A stretch of DNA of 62,418 nt, filler included, from Sluysia triapertura (GCA_046118255.1; 5 parts of 5 records of this genome joined end to end with filler, not necessarily neighbours in it); one strand, 5' to 3'; positions 38,661 to 52,626 are shown, counted from the whole stretch's first letter. Made by a program: numbers and translations. Notes: generated by a model not told the origin, from the letters alone.

Positions 38661-39871
38661 ATTCCGATAGAAAAATAAATTTATTATTTCATTAATTTTA
38701 CCCTCAATTTAAGTTAATAAATTGAGTTTTTAATAAAATAGTTTGTAATAATGATATTAAATTATAATTTAATGATATTAAAGGATGCGGTTCTATTATG
38801 ATATATATACCGTAATAAGCATTAAGAGATAATTTATAATATATAGTTTTATAAAATTATAAATATTTATGATTTGAATGGTATATTGTGCAATAATTGT
38901 GTAATTATCACCAGCAAAATTTTGAAAAACACCTAAAATATGTCGTTCATTATATTTTTGAAGTAAAAGTATTTTCTCTTTTTTACATAACCTATCACTG
39001 TATATTATGTAAAATTTGTTATGAATTATATTTATTTTAGTTCCTGAAGTATTTAATATTTCTAAGAGATTAAAGACATCCTAACCTAAGCATTTATAAA
39101 CAAATATAATGATTTTATAAGTAAAATTAATGTGTTTCTTTTCAACTGAAAAATTATTATAGATCGATCTAATATTAATTGAATCTTTCACACTTTTATA
39201 TGGAATTGTGTATAAAAATCCATTATAAATTATATTATTAGTAATAAAAATGGTTAAATTTATTACATTTCAAAATACTAATTTGTGTAAATTTAGTAAC
39301 AAAATAAAAGAATTATATCATGCAAAGCAATAGTCATATACGTATTACTTTCACATTATGTAAAATAAACTCAAAACAATGTACAATTAAGTTTTTTCAA
39401 TATTTTAAAACTTTTATTATTCTGGTTGATATTCTGTAAACATTAATAATAATTGTTTACCATGTTTTGAATATAGTTAAATTCCACTAATCGCTATGGA
39501 ATATTAGAATAAAGAAATATAAAACTATATGCATCAAAATGATAACAATAAATCACTATTTTTAATGAATAATTAATGCTATTAATAGAAGATGTACAAA
39601 TATTATTTAAATGCATAAGAGATATTCTATTAAATAAAATTGTAAATAAATATAAATAATTAAGTTGAATTTTTAATGTATTATTATTTTATTAATAAAA
39701 CTCAGAAAATTGAACTAAATACATAAATACCTCAAAAAATAAATCTATAATAACTTTCTAAATTATGGGGTTATTCATTTTTATATTAACCACGATTCAA
39801 TTTTATATTAACTAATATTCATTTTTATATTACATAATTAAGAATGAATAAAAAATATTTCCAAAAATGAA

Positions 39872-39971
39872 NNNNNNNNNNNNNNNNNNNNNNNNNNNNN
39901 NNNNNNNNNNNNNNNTTAATTAATTAANNNNNNNNNNNNNNNNNNNNNNNNNNNNNNNNNNNNNNNNNNNN
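39872..39971. other. Artificial contig linker
   Basis: 44N-TTAATTAATTAA-44N. Confidence 0.95.
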
Positions 39972-40292
39972 TCTTTTTTTGAAGTGGCATTTCAAATGGA
40001 TAAAGTTTTCTTAAATGAGAGCCATAAAAATTACAAAATTTAAATTCAGTATGTTCGAAAACATCAATGTCTTCTCTAACACAGATCAAATCTGGTGGTT
40101 TCTTCAAATAGCTTTCATTTATTCTTTGTACACATCGTTGTCTGTAAAGCATAATAAGTCTATTCTACTGAACAACGCAGATTCTGGATAATGTGATCTT
40201 CTTTCTTTAATTGAAGGATTTTTCTTTATAACTAGAATACCTTTTGATCTTTTGGCATCTCTAAAAGATTTTTTTGTAATCACTGTACTCAT
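39972..40292 (-). CDS. 5' end of an unidentified gene truncated by the contig end
   Basis: ATG ORF MSTVITKKSFRDAKRSKG... and an overlapping frame QRCVQRINESYLKKPPDLICVREDIDVFEH... can be joined by a possible 32-nt GT-AG intron. Confidence 0.35.
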
Positions 40293-40817
40293 TACAAATT
40301 GCGTTGATCACTTTTCGTTTAATAATTGTGACCCAAATTTTTGAAATTTTTAGTAATTAAAACTAAAGTTTTAATTACGATTTAAAATAATATAATAATA
40401 ATAGTAATAATAAAATAAAAATAAAATAATAATAATAAAGTAATAATAATGTAATAGTAACAATAAAATAAAAATGATAAAATAATAATAAATTAATAAT
40501 AATAATAATAGTAGTAATAATAATCTTACACATGCAACCAAATTGTACATTCAAACTAAGACAATGAACTTGAGAAGGACGTAACTAACATATAATATTA
40601 AATGATGACAATTATAATTAAATTAAAATTTATAAATTATTTAATAATTATCAAAAATGAAAATTGTAACTGTACATTCTTTACAAAACACTATTTATTA
40701 AAATAATTATTGAGGTTATTTATCAAATTAAAGTTAAACTAGGGAATAATTGCCAATAAAAAAGCATGTGTTAGATAATTACCAAAACCAGAAATTATGC
40801 AAATAATAGGTGTTATT

Positions 40818-41482
40818 TCATTTTTTACATTTATGTTTACCAGAACTTTTCATTTCTTGTTGGCTTAACTTAATAGCTAATTCCAGATCAGCCTTTTCTC
40901 GTTTTCGTGCTTCTTCGATAGCTCGTGCTTCTCGGACAGATACTTCTTTGGCTAATTGCAACTGATCTGATTCCGATAATTCATTAATTTGAAAGTTTGA
41001 ATGGGTTGAAGATTTCTGATTTTGATTATAAGTATCAGTACTAATACCGAGTTTTTTATTGTTACCTTTAGTGCTTGTACCAGTGGGTGTTTTCGAGGGC
41101 CTTGGAGGGAGATGAGAACTTGTGGTTTTATTGTTGACTGTATTTTGTTGTTGATTGAGACTATCGAATGAAAAGGGATCATCAAATGCATCATGCACAT
41201 TAGCATTTTTAGTTATATTCGACTGGCTTGAAAAGTCGCCCCAAACATCAAAATCACTATTAATATTCTGTTTATCACTGGTTTCTTTATTATTAAACGA
41301 CGATGGCATATTTTTAAATAAATCTTCAACATTACTGTCTAGTAGATGAACATAATTACAACTTTGAGAGCGCTTACATTTTCCTTGTAAAAAATCTTTA
41401 CATACTGGTAATGTTTCTAAGATTGTTCCTTTGTCATTAATGTACGCAACACTAGTTTCTTCAGCCAACCTTTGTCGCACTT
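40818..41482 (-). CDS. CCCH zinc finger fused to an Eps15-like C-terminus (DPF, PPRP, tandem UIM)
   Basis: VCKDFLQGKCKRSQSCNYVH (C-x7-C-x5-C-x3-H), then DAFDDPF, LPPRPSKTP, SESDQLQLAKEVSVRE and EKADLELAIKLSQQE. There is no ATG at the 5' end; a possible acceptor CAG lies at 41483-41485. Confidence 0.75.
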
Positions 41483-42879
41483 CTGGATTAAACACATTCA
41501 AATTTATTGGTAAAAAGAAGTAAATAAGAAATTCAAAGCTTTAAAGTTTACAATAATAAATACAATAAAAAGGTAGTGCCGTAGTGATGACGAGATGGCA
41601 TCAAGCGTTACGTAAAAAAATGTTAATAAAAAATATTTTATTACGTGTTTGTGATTCGCCGGGGAAAAAGTGTGATAATGCAAATATTGTAAATGTGTTT
41701 TATTTTGATATGATTTTTGTTTGTGATGAGGTTTATGTGATTGATGGTGATAGCGACTGAGGTGTATGTAGTATAGTGAAGCGTAACACTACAGATGTAT
41801 TATAAAAATATTCATGTATTTCCACCGGCATCTTTGGTTGTTAAGTTCATGGTTCCCTGTTGTGATAAAAGAGGTCATTGTCGCATTAAATTTAGTTTAA
41901 CAGAGAAATATTAAATGCTTATATTTATTTGAAAACCAAATTTTCTAAAATTTTATCGGACATTTCAAATCCAATTAAATCCAATTCAAATATAAATAAA
42001 GATGGAAGCAAAAGGAACAAAGATTTATAATAGGTAAAAATCATTCGAAATCGCTGATAAGAAAGAAAGAAAATACATTAGAAAAATGTGTTACAAAATT
42101 ATAAAGAGTGTGTTAAAAACGAAAGTCAAAAGACATCATCGATAATATTAGACTCGTTTTATAAATATTTAATGCTTTTAAACAATTTATAATAATTTTT
42201 AATCATTAACCAAAAATGGATGTTGAAAATTGTAAAAATGGCTGCCTAATTGTATAAAACTACTTCAAATATGGAACAAATTGCTAGTGAATCATTAATT
42301 AATGTATATGGCAAAGATATATCTACGCATTCATGTGATGCCTAAAATTCATTTAATAATCTCATGTACCCACATGCGCAAAGACTCTGATGACGATTTG
42401 AACAGACAAGTTAATGTTGATTCAAAGTTGTTAATAGTTGTGTTGAACCTAATTTAGTGCCTCAAATTAAAACCAAATTAATTGTGTTTGAATTAACCGT
42501 GTGAAAATTCACAAAATTTACCTATCATAAAATTAATCAGGAGTTTGCTGAACATTTTACAATTATATAAGATATGCAAAGATAATTTTCCTTAGCTCAT
42601 TCGACCTATTCACAGAATATGATCAAAAAACTCATAATTATGGAATTAGAAATTTCTACTCATGCGTTCTATCTTAAATGAATCGATAATAATAGACCAA
42701 TCTTTAACTGTAAGTTTCTTATTCATTAAACAAAGTTTTTTATGTTTATTTGTAATTTTTATTCTAAAATTTTTTGTAATTAAATGTTTTGTTATGTAAA
42801 AAACGAGTTCAATTTTATTGTCTTATGAATTTAACTTTAGTAAAGTAAAGGTCCTTAAGACCGATGTTTATGTTAAATA

Positions 42880-42990
42880 ATTGGGGTTTTTCTTATTAGA
42901 AAAATAAATTATTATTTTGAGTCAGTTTACTGCATACGACTTACCAATGGCGTACCTGTAAAAATTACGTGAAAACATTTATTAAGATTA
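42880..42990 (+). repeat. Dispersed repeat family A
   Basis: ggggtttttctta..aaaataaattattattttgagtc..tacgacttaccaatggcgtacctgtaaaa is shared with 51960-52085. Confidence 0.85.
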
Positions 42991-43439
42991 ACCGTGTAAA
43001 ATACTCTTTGTCTTAACAAGAATGTGCAAAATCGTCTTATACCAAATTACTTAAAAATAATTGCGACCAACGTTGGCGTGTGTAATATTTGATTTTATAT
43101 AAGAAACAAAGTTAAAACATATATTGCCATTTTTATTTATGCTATTATTAAATCTTATATTAATCGTTAGACTTTTCTAAGTGTTCTAAGAAATTAGCAA
43201 ACTTATACTATAATCAGAATAGTACTTATAATTGTTTGCTGAAATAAATTAAAATGATGTTACTAATTCAATATTAAAATTATAAAAAAAGCTCATATAC
43301 AACAAAATCCAAATTTTATTATGTAACAAAATGACAATTAGAATAAAATAAGGTTAATTTATAAAAATCCAAAAAAGAACAATTATTAACAACAAAAGTT
43401 TATGAATAAAATTATAAGTGATAAAAATTAAGTTATAAT

Positions 43440-43885
43440 AAAGGTCTAGCCGTTATAATGATTTTGTAATTGACCTTAAGGACCAACTAAAAATCAGAGA
43501 ATTTATATTTTAGATTGATTTTATGATTGGCCTTAAGGACCAACCTTGAAACTTGATATTTTACATGTATATTTTAACTCAAAAGATGAATATTCAAATT
43601 ATGCATAACTTACTAATTTAATTAATAAAACTGTTAATCGGCCTCTAGTAATATTGTTAAATTTTTTGACTTGATGGATTCGAGCTTCTAATATTTGGAG
43701 AGTGCTATTCCTCTAATCGAATGTGCAGGATTTACACGACAATTTGGAGGTTGAATTGGAAATCTATGAGAACGGGTAATCTAATCTGATAATGAATTTG
43801 ATGGTGACGAGCCGGATAATGTCGATGATGATTTTTGTAGTAACTTTCTTTTCCTTGCGATACCAAAATGGCGTATTCTAATTTC
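43440..43885 (-). repeat. Dispersed repeat family C
   Basis: Inverted copy of 585-920, including hairpins at 43468-43488 and 43526-43544. Confidence 0.7.
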
Positions 43886-46800
43886 TTTGTGACTTCTTTA
43901 TTTAATTAATGCCGTCTTTCTTTATTTGTGTTTCTTTATATAGTTTTTGTATACATATTTAAAATTTTGATTTAATAAAACAATTTTATTTCTGGAAACT
44001 TCTTTTTGAATTACTCTTTTAATTTATAATTTTTTGTAATAAAAATAATAATTTTTTAATATTCTTTTTACAAAAATTTAAAAAATAAAAATTACATTTT
44101 CAAACTAATAAGGAAATTTGCATAAGCGGTCACAATTTTGGAGTCTTTAAACTGCATCTTTTCAATCAATCCTACCTTAATTCTATTGATTTCACAATCT
44201 TAGACTAATCTATAATTCATTTCATTAAATCTAAATTTGAAATTTATTTCTGCAAATTTCCTATTTCAACTTATATCATTGCTGTGTTCTATAAGACATT
44301 TTACATTCTATTACACCTATTTTCACAATACGTAAATAATGTTTTGCTATATTCATATTTCACTCGTGATCATTGTTTAAATTTCTGGGTAGATTGATTC
44401 CTACTTCAACTAAATCTGTGACTATTAGACATTCATCTTATTCAATTCATGTTACTTCTGTAATAAACCATTATTTTGAAATTTTAAAAACATTCATTTG
44501 TACGTAATACACAAAAATTCATTTTAAATGTAATTAATGAAAAGTAAACCTTTTTAAATTATAAAGAAAATCTTTAATACAAAACCAAACAAGGTTTTTA
44601 AACCTTTTCATTTCAAATTTCAACTTCTATATTTAAACAAATTTGCTAAATATTTTTAAAATACATAACATAAAAATGAACTAATTATTAAAAGAAATAA
44701 ACCATATGAAGTTAGAAAAGCGGTATAACATACAAAATAAGACATCGTTGAATCAAAAATTTGGGATTAATTTAAAGTTGAACAAAATTACTAAATTTTT
44801 CTATATGATCACTTATAATACTATTTTAAATCCTTTTTTATTTAGTACCCAGATTTGAAACTTAGATATAAATATATTAAATGCAAAAGCAAAAATGAAT
44901 TACTAAAAATAAAATATAAAAATCTTTCAAATGTGATATGTTAATGTAAAAATTATGACATGTCTCCGTTATCATTTTGCATTATTTTAATTATTTCATA
45001 CTATTTCATAATTTTTTCATGTTAATATTTAATTAAATGTTGAATAAATCAATATTTAAATTTATTTTATTTAATAATACAAAATTAAAAAAATTGACTA
45101 ATTGTATTAAAAAGCATTGTACACCAACCATGTTAATCGTGAAAATAAAGTTATTATATTTTCAGAGTAAAATTTATGTAAGAGATAAGATTTATAAAAT
45201 GTTATAGGATGTCGAGTTTCCGATGGTTAGACCTTCAACTATATTAAGTAATTTTTGTAATAATTATTTAATTATTACATAGGAATTTAAGACATTTATT
45301 ATAGTCGAATCCAATACTAGAATCACATTTTGCACAAAGTATTAATAAGTTTTTGATAATATAAAAGTTACGAAGTTAGATTATCAATAAAATGTTAATT
45401 AAAACTGACAATCAAAAACTTCATTGTTAATCGACAATAAGTTACTCTACATCGATCCTAGTCAACTTTTCGAAAATAATTTTGATTAACGAGTCATTAT
45501 ATAAAAAGCAAGATTATTAAGCAACCGCCAGAAGACTTTGTGCAGAAAACCAATTCAAGAAATCTAATTTTTGATTATGGCCTTTTTGCGTAAGTTTTAT
45601 TACTTTTAATTGTTCTAATTTAATATTAGGAATATAAGTCATACATTAAAATAGTTTATTTTCTAGCTAAATTAAAGTTAGTTACACAATCACATTAAAC
45701 TATCGAAAAAATAATTAATATTATAATTATTAATTACAATTATTAATAATATTATTATTAACATTAGCATTCCGAAGTTAATCTTTAATTACCACCTTTC
45801 AATACATTTATTGTAGTCGCTTATTGATAGCATTTAATTTATTTTGTCGTTTATTTATTCATTTAGTTGTTTTATTCGTTTATTAATTATGAAAGTAGTT
45901 TTTTATTATTGAGTTATCATTGTACATCCATAGCGTCTTATGTGTAGATAACAATTCTAGCATAATTTTATTGTTCATATTAGTGAACGCATATTGGTTT
46001 TACTTATTCTCTTTTTATTTAAAATAGAAATAAAGATTAACTGTAAAGATCAGTTGGCTGAATAACTAAGTAGCATAGTAAATATTGTCTAACCTGAGAA
46101 AAGTTTTCCTTTTTAATTTAGAGTGAAGTTGAAAGATGAGTCAACCGAGCTTTGTGAATTGAACAGATCTAAAGTAACACATTAACTAAACTTAGAAGTT
46201 TGCAAAATATAAGATAAATAAATTTTTGAATTACAAAGAACCGCATCAGATGTCCAAAAGAAACATGCGAGTACTAGTGAAGCCGTGAATTAGATTAACA
46301 GCGATTAAATTTTATAAACATACTATTGGATTAAATTTTACGATGATACTTTCCTTATCCTATAGGTACACCTCTAAAGGGAATATAAACCTGTAGTGTA
46401 AGCAAACCCAAAGTTTAAAAATATTTGTGGGTCGTTTTTCCAAGAGAAATACTTACATAATGTACTACTATTAAAAATTAATTTAAGTTTCATATGTAGC
46501 ATTATCTATTGTAAGAAATACTAATCTCAGTTCCATTGTAACTAATGGTGTCATATCGAAGACAAGTGAAACGCATTAAAACTTATAAAGTTTAAGAAGT
46601 ACTTTTAACATTTTGAAATATATTAACTATAGCACACAATATATAATACGTAAAATGAATGGCTTTTCGTGTACATGATAACTAAATAGACTAATTAAAT
46701 TAATATTTTTATTTCAACTGAAATTTCATAATAAATTTGTTCAAAAATAATTTAAAGTTGAATAATAATTGAAATTCATTCTAGTTTAAGTTTTGTAATT

Positions 46801-49242
46801 AAATTTAATGATATTTTGTTTTAATTTTTATTTATAATATTTTTTGAAAATGTATTAATTATTTAGGAGTTTTTTGATTATTCATCGTCTATGGAACTAC
46901 TCGATTTTTTATCAGGTAAAAAATTATGATTAAAAGTTGACAAGTGAAAGATTATTATTATTATTGTTATTATTGAGAGTTATTTAAATTTACTTTTTCT
47001 CACAAAATGAAATTTAAATGGGCTCACCCATAGCAAACAACTTTCGACCTTAAAGGTGAGTACTCCTGTAAGGTTTTAAACGAATGGTATCTTAATAAAT
47101 TTTACAAATTCCTAAATTCTGTTGGTTTGAAGAATTTTAATGCAATGTAGGGTAAGGTTGCTCAACAAACTACGGCGGCAACAGCATATACGTCGGCAAT
47201 TAAATATACATCTGAGTGAGTTAAGTTGTGCGACATATTACAATTTACCGTAAGCAAGCCACGTTGTAAATTTTCTCATCAAGTTAGTTTATTTCAATTT
47301 TCTTATAATTTTCTGGATATGTTTGGTAGTTAATTCTTGCTAATTATTGATAAAATTGTTTCATATTAAACATAAGTTCAGTAGAATTTGGTCGAAACGA
47401 AATCCTATTAATTTTATTCATTATTAAGTGATGTTTAGTTTGAAATAGGTGGCACGACTTAAGAAACAAGTTGACTTAGTTGTACCGAAGTAAGTTTTTA
47501 AGGAATTAGTTTACGTGAAAGCATATAGATTTTTCTAATTTAGTTATACATGATACCAATATTAACAAAGTGTTGAATAACACATTTAATTTCTATTTAT
47601 TTGATAAATCCTAAGTTTTATACAGTTCTTTTCTTAAGGGCTATGACTTGGGCAACCTTATCCTATTATTCCAAATGGAATCTACCGTATTCCAAACTGT
47701 CTACCAACGACCATTTAATTACTTATAGCTATTTAAATACCAATCTTTGTTTTTAGAAACGAATAATTCTTCAGAACCATATTTATACTGGTTCCTTAAA
47801 AATGAGACATTGACTGAAACAATAATAATCTGAAGAATAAAGATCTGGATTATCAAGATCATCTAATAATTTCTTTGTTTTTTTTCGACTTGTGAGGTTT
47901 CACATTATCTGTTAATAATTTTAAATAACGATCAATAATAATATATTCCAATTCTTGATTGCTTACAATATATGTAAACCGAGTAGTATGCATCATTTCA
48001 AATTGTATTGTATCTTCAAAATTGCAAAAACAGTTAATAATAATGTTTCTCACATTTCCCTCTTAACGAGTTAATCAATTTCACTTTTACCTAAGCAAGC
48101 ACTCTTTTTCACATTTGTTTGCGATAATATTTTTGAAAGTCTTATATTGTTGGGATGTTCTAACAAATGGAAATAATAATTAATTTTAGCGATTTCAAAG
48201 TCCAAAATAGAGTCGATCGAAAAAGTTGAAGCTCATTTGCTAGTTTCTGTTGACCACCTCTATTTTTGTCTTTAAGCTTCAATCATCCATCATTTATTTA
48301 CAATATTTTCATTAGTGATTCTAGCATCCTACTTCGCATATCATTCTACATGCATCTGATGCTGAGATTCATTGTCTTAATAATGCCTGAGCAAGCCACA
48401 TTTTACAAATATTTCTATCTTCATTTTATTAAAATTCAATTAATTTAAAAAGAGGAGTAATTGAATCATTAAAACAAAAATGTAAAACACCATCTTTAAA
48501 ACTGTGGATTAATTTTGATGATAAGTTGAATTGTAATACAAAAAGTTATATTAATTACGGGCAACTGAATAAACATTTGCATTGTAATACATATTTAATC
48601 CTTACCAAAATAAACCTATATTATTTTTGCAAAAAAATAAATTATTTAAAATAAATTATATAAAATTTTACATTTAAATTAAACATTACAAATATACATA
48701 TTATTTTTATAGTTTGAGGTATAATTCTTCTAAATTTAAAAATTAAAATTAAAACCTATTGTTTTGTATTAACATTGGCATTTTAGGAATAGCAATTAAA
48801 ACTAATGAAAAATTGTTCCATTTATTTAATATTTTAATATTGTACGTATTACTAATTTTACGTACAATTATCATAGGTTTATCTAACTGAAAATTACTCT
48901 AATAACTTCTAATAATATCTCTTAGATAATTTCATAAATAATTTGAGCATGTAGGAGGAAAATATCGAAAAATATTTTTGAAATTGTAATAAGTGTTCAA
49001 ATGAATGTATTCATCCATTTTGAATATTTTTCTTTTGTTATTAATTCAATAAATTTACGACGTTCTTTAATTTTTCAAGAAATAACATTTACAACATTTA
49101 TTAAAACCTGATAATTGAAAGTTAAGAGAAAATATTTACGTAAGTAAATTTGGTTAGTATAAATTTGGTTAATTATTAATATTTAGGAATATTTTTTAAT
49201 AAAAAATACATTTAATTTTATAAGTTAAATAAATTTATTTAG

Positions 49243-49424
49243 ATGAACCAAGTTTACATAATTTATCAAATCAAAATTTTAACAGAAAACAAAACAATCA
49301 GAAGCGTCCATGTTGCTCACCAAATACATATGATGATATAAAAGTAATGGCACGTATGGCTAATAATAAAGTTCGAAAGAGTGTTATTCGTGGTATTTTA
49401 GCTGGATCTTGCACATGCTTATAA
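49243..49424 (+). CDS. Terminal exon of a TGF-beta superfamily ligand
   Basis: After the acceptor tttatttag: EPSLHNLSNQNFNRKQNNQKRPCCSPNTYDDIKVMARMANNKVRKSVIRGILAGSCTCL*. This is the PCCxP...CxCx-stop cystine-knot C-terminus. Upstream exons are unresolved. Confidence 0.75.
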
Positions 49425-51360
49425 CATTTAAATGCTAAATGCGTATAAAACTCACTCGACACTTTAATAACGTAAAACTTTTGTTCTCAAAAACTAAATC
49501 AAATTCCCTTTTCAAAAATTTATATTTTTTTTATTATCATTTTTCGTTATCGCTCCATTTACTAAATACAATAAGTTTCTCTCTTTGTATTTTTCAACTT
49601 TGTGGTTTCATTTTTTTTTCATATTTTTCATTATCATTTTTAAATGAACATTGAATATTTATTATTTACGATATATAGTTAGAGATTAATTTATTTTATN
49701 NNNNNNNNNNNNNNNNNNNNNNNNNNNNNNNNNNNNNNNNNNNNNNNNNNNNNNNNNNNNNNNNNNNNNNNNNNNNNNNNNNNNNNNNNNNNNNNNNNNN
49801 NNNNNNNNNNNNNNNNNNNNNNNNNNNNNNNNNTATCCGTAAAAATATGAAGTTTAAGATTTATTTATAAATAAAAATATGTTTCATTGCATATCAAATT
49901 TGAAAATTATCACTGAAATATATGCTTCAATTTGATTTATGATAGCGGTAAAATTGTGATTTTATTTCATATATTGATTTTGTCAGTTCTACTTTAACTA
50001 CAATAAACTGAAATTAACTGTAATAAACAAAATGTCAATGGTAAAATAATTTGTTATATCATCAATGTAATGTTAGTTCCAATTTTATTTTAAAGCTGAC
50101 AAAAGTTCAAATATGTTAATAATCAATATTTTACCTAAGTTATGATGGGGCGGTGCATATAAATTGCCGGTGTTATAATTTGTATTTATAATAAAATACT
50201 TTTGAAGTTTTTGTTGTACAATAATTATTAATATTGTGATTGTGTTGTGAAACTGAAATGATTATTAAATTTGAAAATAAGAATATTTAAATTTGTATTA
50301 TTTTATAGTTTAAAAATAAGTATAATAATTATTATTATTATTATCAATTTAACATGCAAATTTAAATTTTCAAACGACTCTTTTGTACGTTTTATTTAAA
50401 TGTTATTAAAAATAGAATTTGCAAAATAATTGAAAAATTAAATACATTTGGTAACGAAATATAAATTGGAAAATGTCTTTTTAACTTCATTCATATTACT
50501 ACATTCGAAAAACAATTGTTTTATAAAATTAAAATATAATATTGAGAAAATTAATTGAAGTTAAACGTTAATAGAATAAAGGTTAAAGATGTGAGTTCAC
50601 CAACGTACTGGACTTACCAGCGAGGGCCAGCCGTTGGATTTGGTAAATTAAAAGTTATGGAGGTTAAGTCAAAAAATTTATTAGATTTCTTAGATATAAG
50701 CTAACTTCTTCAATTATTATATATTAATTTAATAATTACAAATTATTTAAAGGTTTAAATGTGATTTTACGTGGATTCTGTGAAATAGGATCAAAATGAT
50801 TATATTACAACGTTAGAATTACACTCTAACCAGAATTTTTTAACTATCGTGCGATTTTTTCTTTATTTTGTAACTATAAAAATTAGATTCGATTCAAAGA
50901 TAAAGAAAAGTTTAAATTTACAAAATATATTATAAAAATGTTCACGGTTGTATTATATGTATAAAATATTATTCTAGAATTAATCAAAATTATTTTTTAA
51001 CTTGAAAAATATTAATATGATTTTACCAGGAATCTATTTACATAAAGGATTTTTAGTGAGATTTTGCGAATGATATCTTGTTGATATCGAGTCTTATAAA
51101 AAATAAACTAACTATACAACTCAGATAATTTATATGAAAATAATGCTTTGAGTCGCTGGATAATTAAACTTCTCGTCGAAGAGAGCTACAATTTTAAAGA
51201 GCGTCTTTGAAATATGAATTCTGTTCCAAATCAAAAATAAATAGAGTGTGGAATACGATTCTGTTTTAAAGTCAGAAAAACAGTAGTGTGAGCAATAGCA
51301 AAAAATTTTGTCTATTTATATTTGTTTTAGTCTGACCTTGGTCAGACTAAAACAAAACTA

Positions 51361-51460
51361 NNNNNNNNNNNNNNNNNNNNNNNNNNNNNNNNNNNNNNNN
51401 NNNNTTAATTAATTAANNNNNNNNNNNNNNNNNNNNNNNNNNNNNNNNNNNNNNNNNNNN
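51361..51460. other. Artificial contig linker
   Basis: 44N-TTAATTAATTAA-44N. Confidence 0.95.
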
Positions 51461-51509
51461 TAATAAAATACAATCATGAAATGTATCAATGCTATGAATA
51501 CCAAGATGG

Positions 51510-52085
51510 TATGAAACACGTCAACGTGGATAGCGTACAATCATTATTTTTAATTAATTTTCTTTATTATAAAGTTAAATTTCTACGTATTATAATGAGA
51601 ATACATAATAAAAGTAAACATCAATTAATGCTCATTAAGCGATCATTCTAAATATGTTATTGATATTGACGTGAGCCGTACGTTACTGTTATATCAAAAG
51701 TTATTATTGAAAATTAGTTTTATAATTGATTAGATTTTTTATTCAATTTAAGTTAATCTATTGTTGTATTTGATAAGTATTATTAAAACTGTGATCTTAG
51801 ATTTTAATTTTATTATGTCCAAAAGATAAGCGTTTGTTTGCCACAAAACTCATTATCTTTGGATAATTGCTAGATAATATTAAGACTGAAATTCGACGGA
51901 AATTTATGTTCAAATTCGATTAATAAATTGGTCGGCATAAAACCGACATGCACAATAATACTGGGGTTTTTCTTAATCTTGAAACCTAACCTACAGCAAA
52001 ATAAATTATTATTTTGAGTCCGTTTAAACTATACGACTTACTAATGGCGTACCTGTAAAATTACTTGAAAATATTTATTAAGATT
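51510..52085 (+). repeat. Dispersed repeat family A (longest copy)
   Basis: Joins the blocks seen at 2690-3110 with those at 42880-42990 and 1335-1460. Confidence 0.85.
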
Positions 52086-52087
52086 CT

Positions 52088-52626
52088 ATTGTTCACTCAT
52101 TGATAACTAGCAACATAGATTTAAACAATGGTTTGCTGTAGTCAATTTCAGATAGAAAAGTGAAAAAATTACAATTAATAATTAATCAAGCACCAAGACT
52201 AATTTTCCAAGTTTGAAGAAGATCTCACATAATACACTATCTCAAAGAATTACATTGGTTGCCAATAAAAGTAAGAATTAAATTTAAAATTATGACAATA
52301 ATTTACAAATGGTTACATTATCTTTTGGAAATAATACAAAATTGGAAATGAAGATGAATATTTCATTGAGACATAATAATAATCTAATAATAATCTATAA
52401 TAATCTATATAACAAGCTAGGTGATAGGTTGTATACTGTTTATGTCTCAAAAATATATAACTAGTTACCAGATAATGTCAAATTGCTGGAAGATTATGAA
52501 ATATTTAAGAAAAAAGCAAAGTTGTTTCTGTTTCAGAAATATTATGGTGAATGATTTACCTTAAGTGCTTTTGAGTACTTTCGCAGTAGATATGAGCGCC
52601 ATATAAATTAATATATTATTATTACT
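52088..52626 (+). mobile_element. 5'-truncated L2-clade LINE (ORF2 C-terminus and 3' tail)
   Basis: VHSLITSNIDLNNGLL..KKLQLIINQAPRLI..HIIHYLKELHWLPIKVRIKFKI; GDRLYTVYVSKIYN*LP..FKKKAKLFLF; 3' motif aagtgcttttgag...gagcgccatataaat followed by (att)n. Confidence 0.9.

Noticed and set aside
39972-40292. Resemblance to RPF2/Brix (LKKP...FE...GSH)
   Set aside because: Spacing does not fit and similarity is limited to a few residues.
46050-48100. Possible gypsy integrase relics, and a kinase subdomain IX-like ADVYAVAAVV (about 47190, minus)
   Set aside because: Motifs are too fragmentary; the expected neighbouring motifs (HHCC/DDE, or HRD/DFG/APE) were not found.
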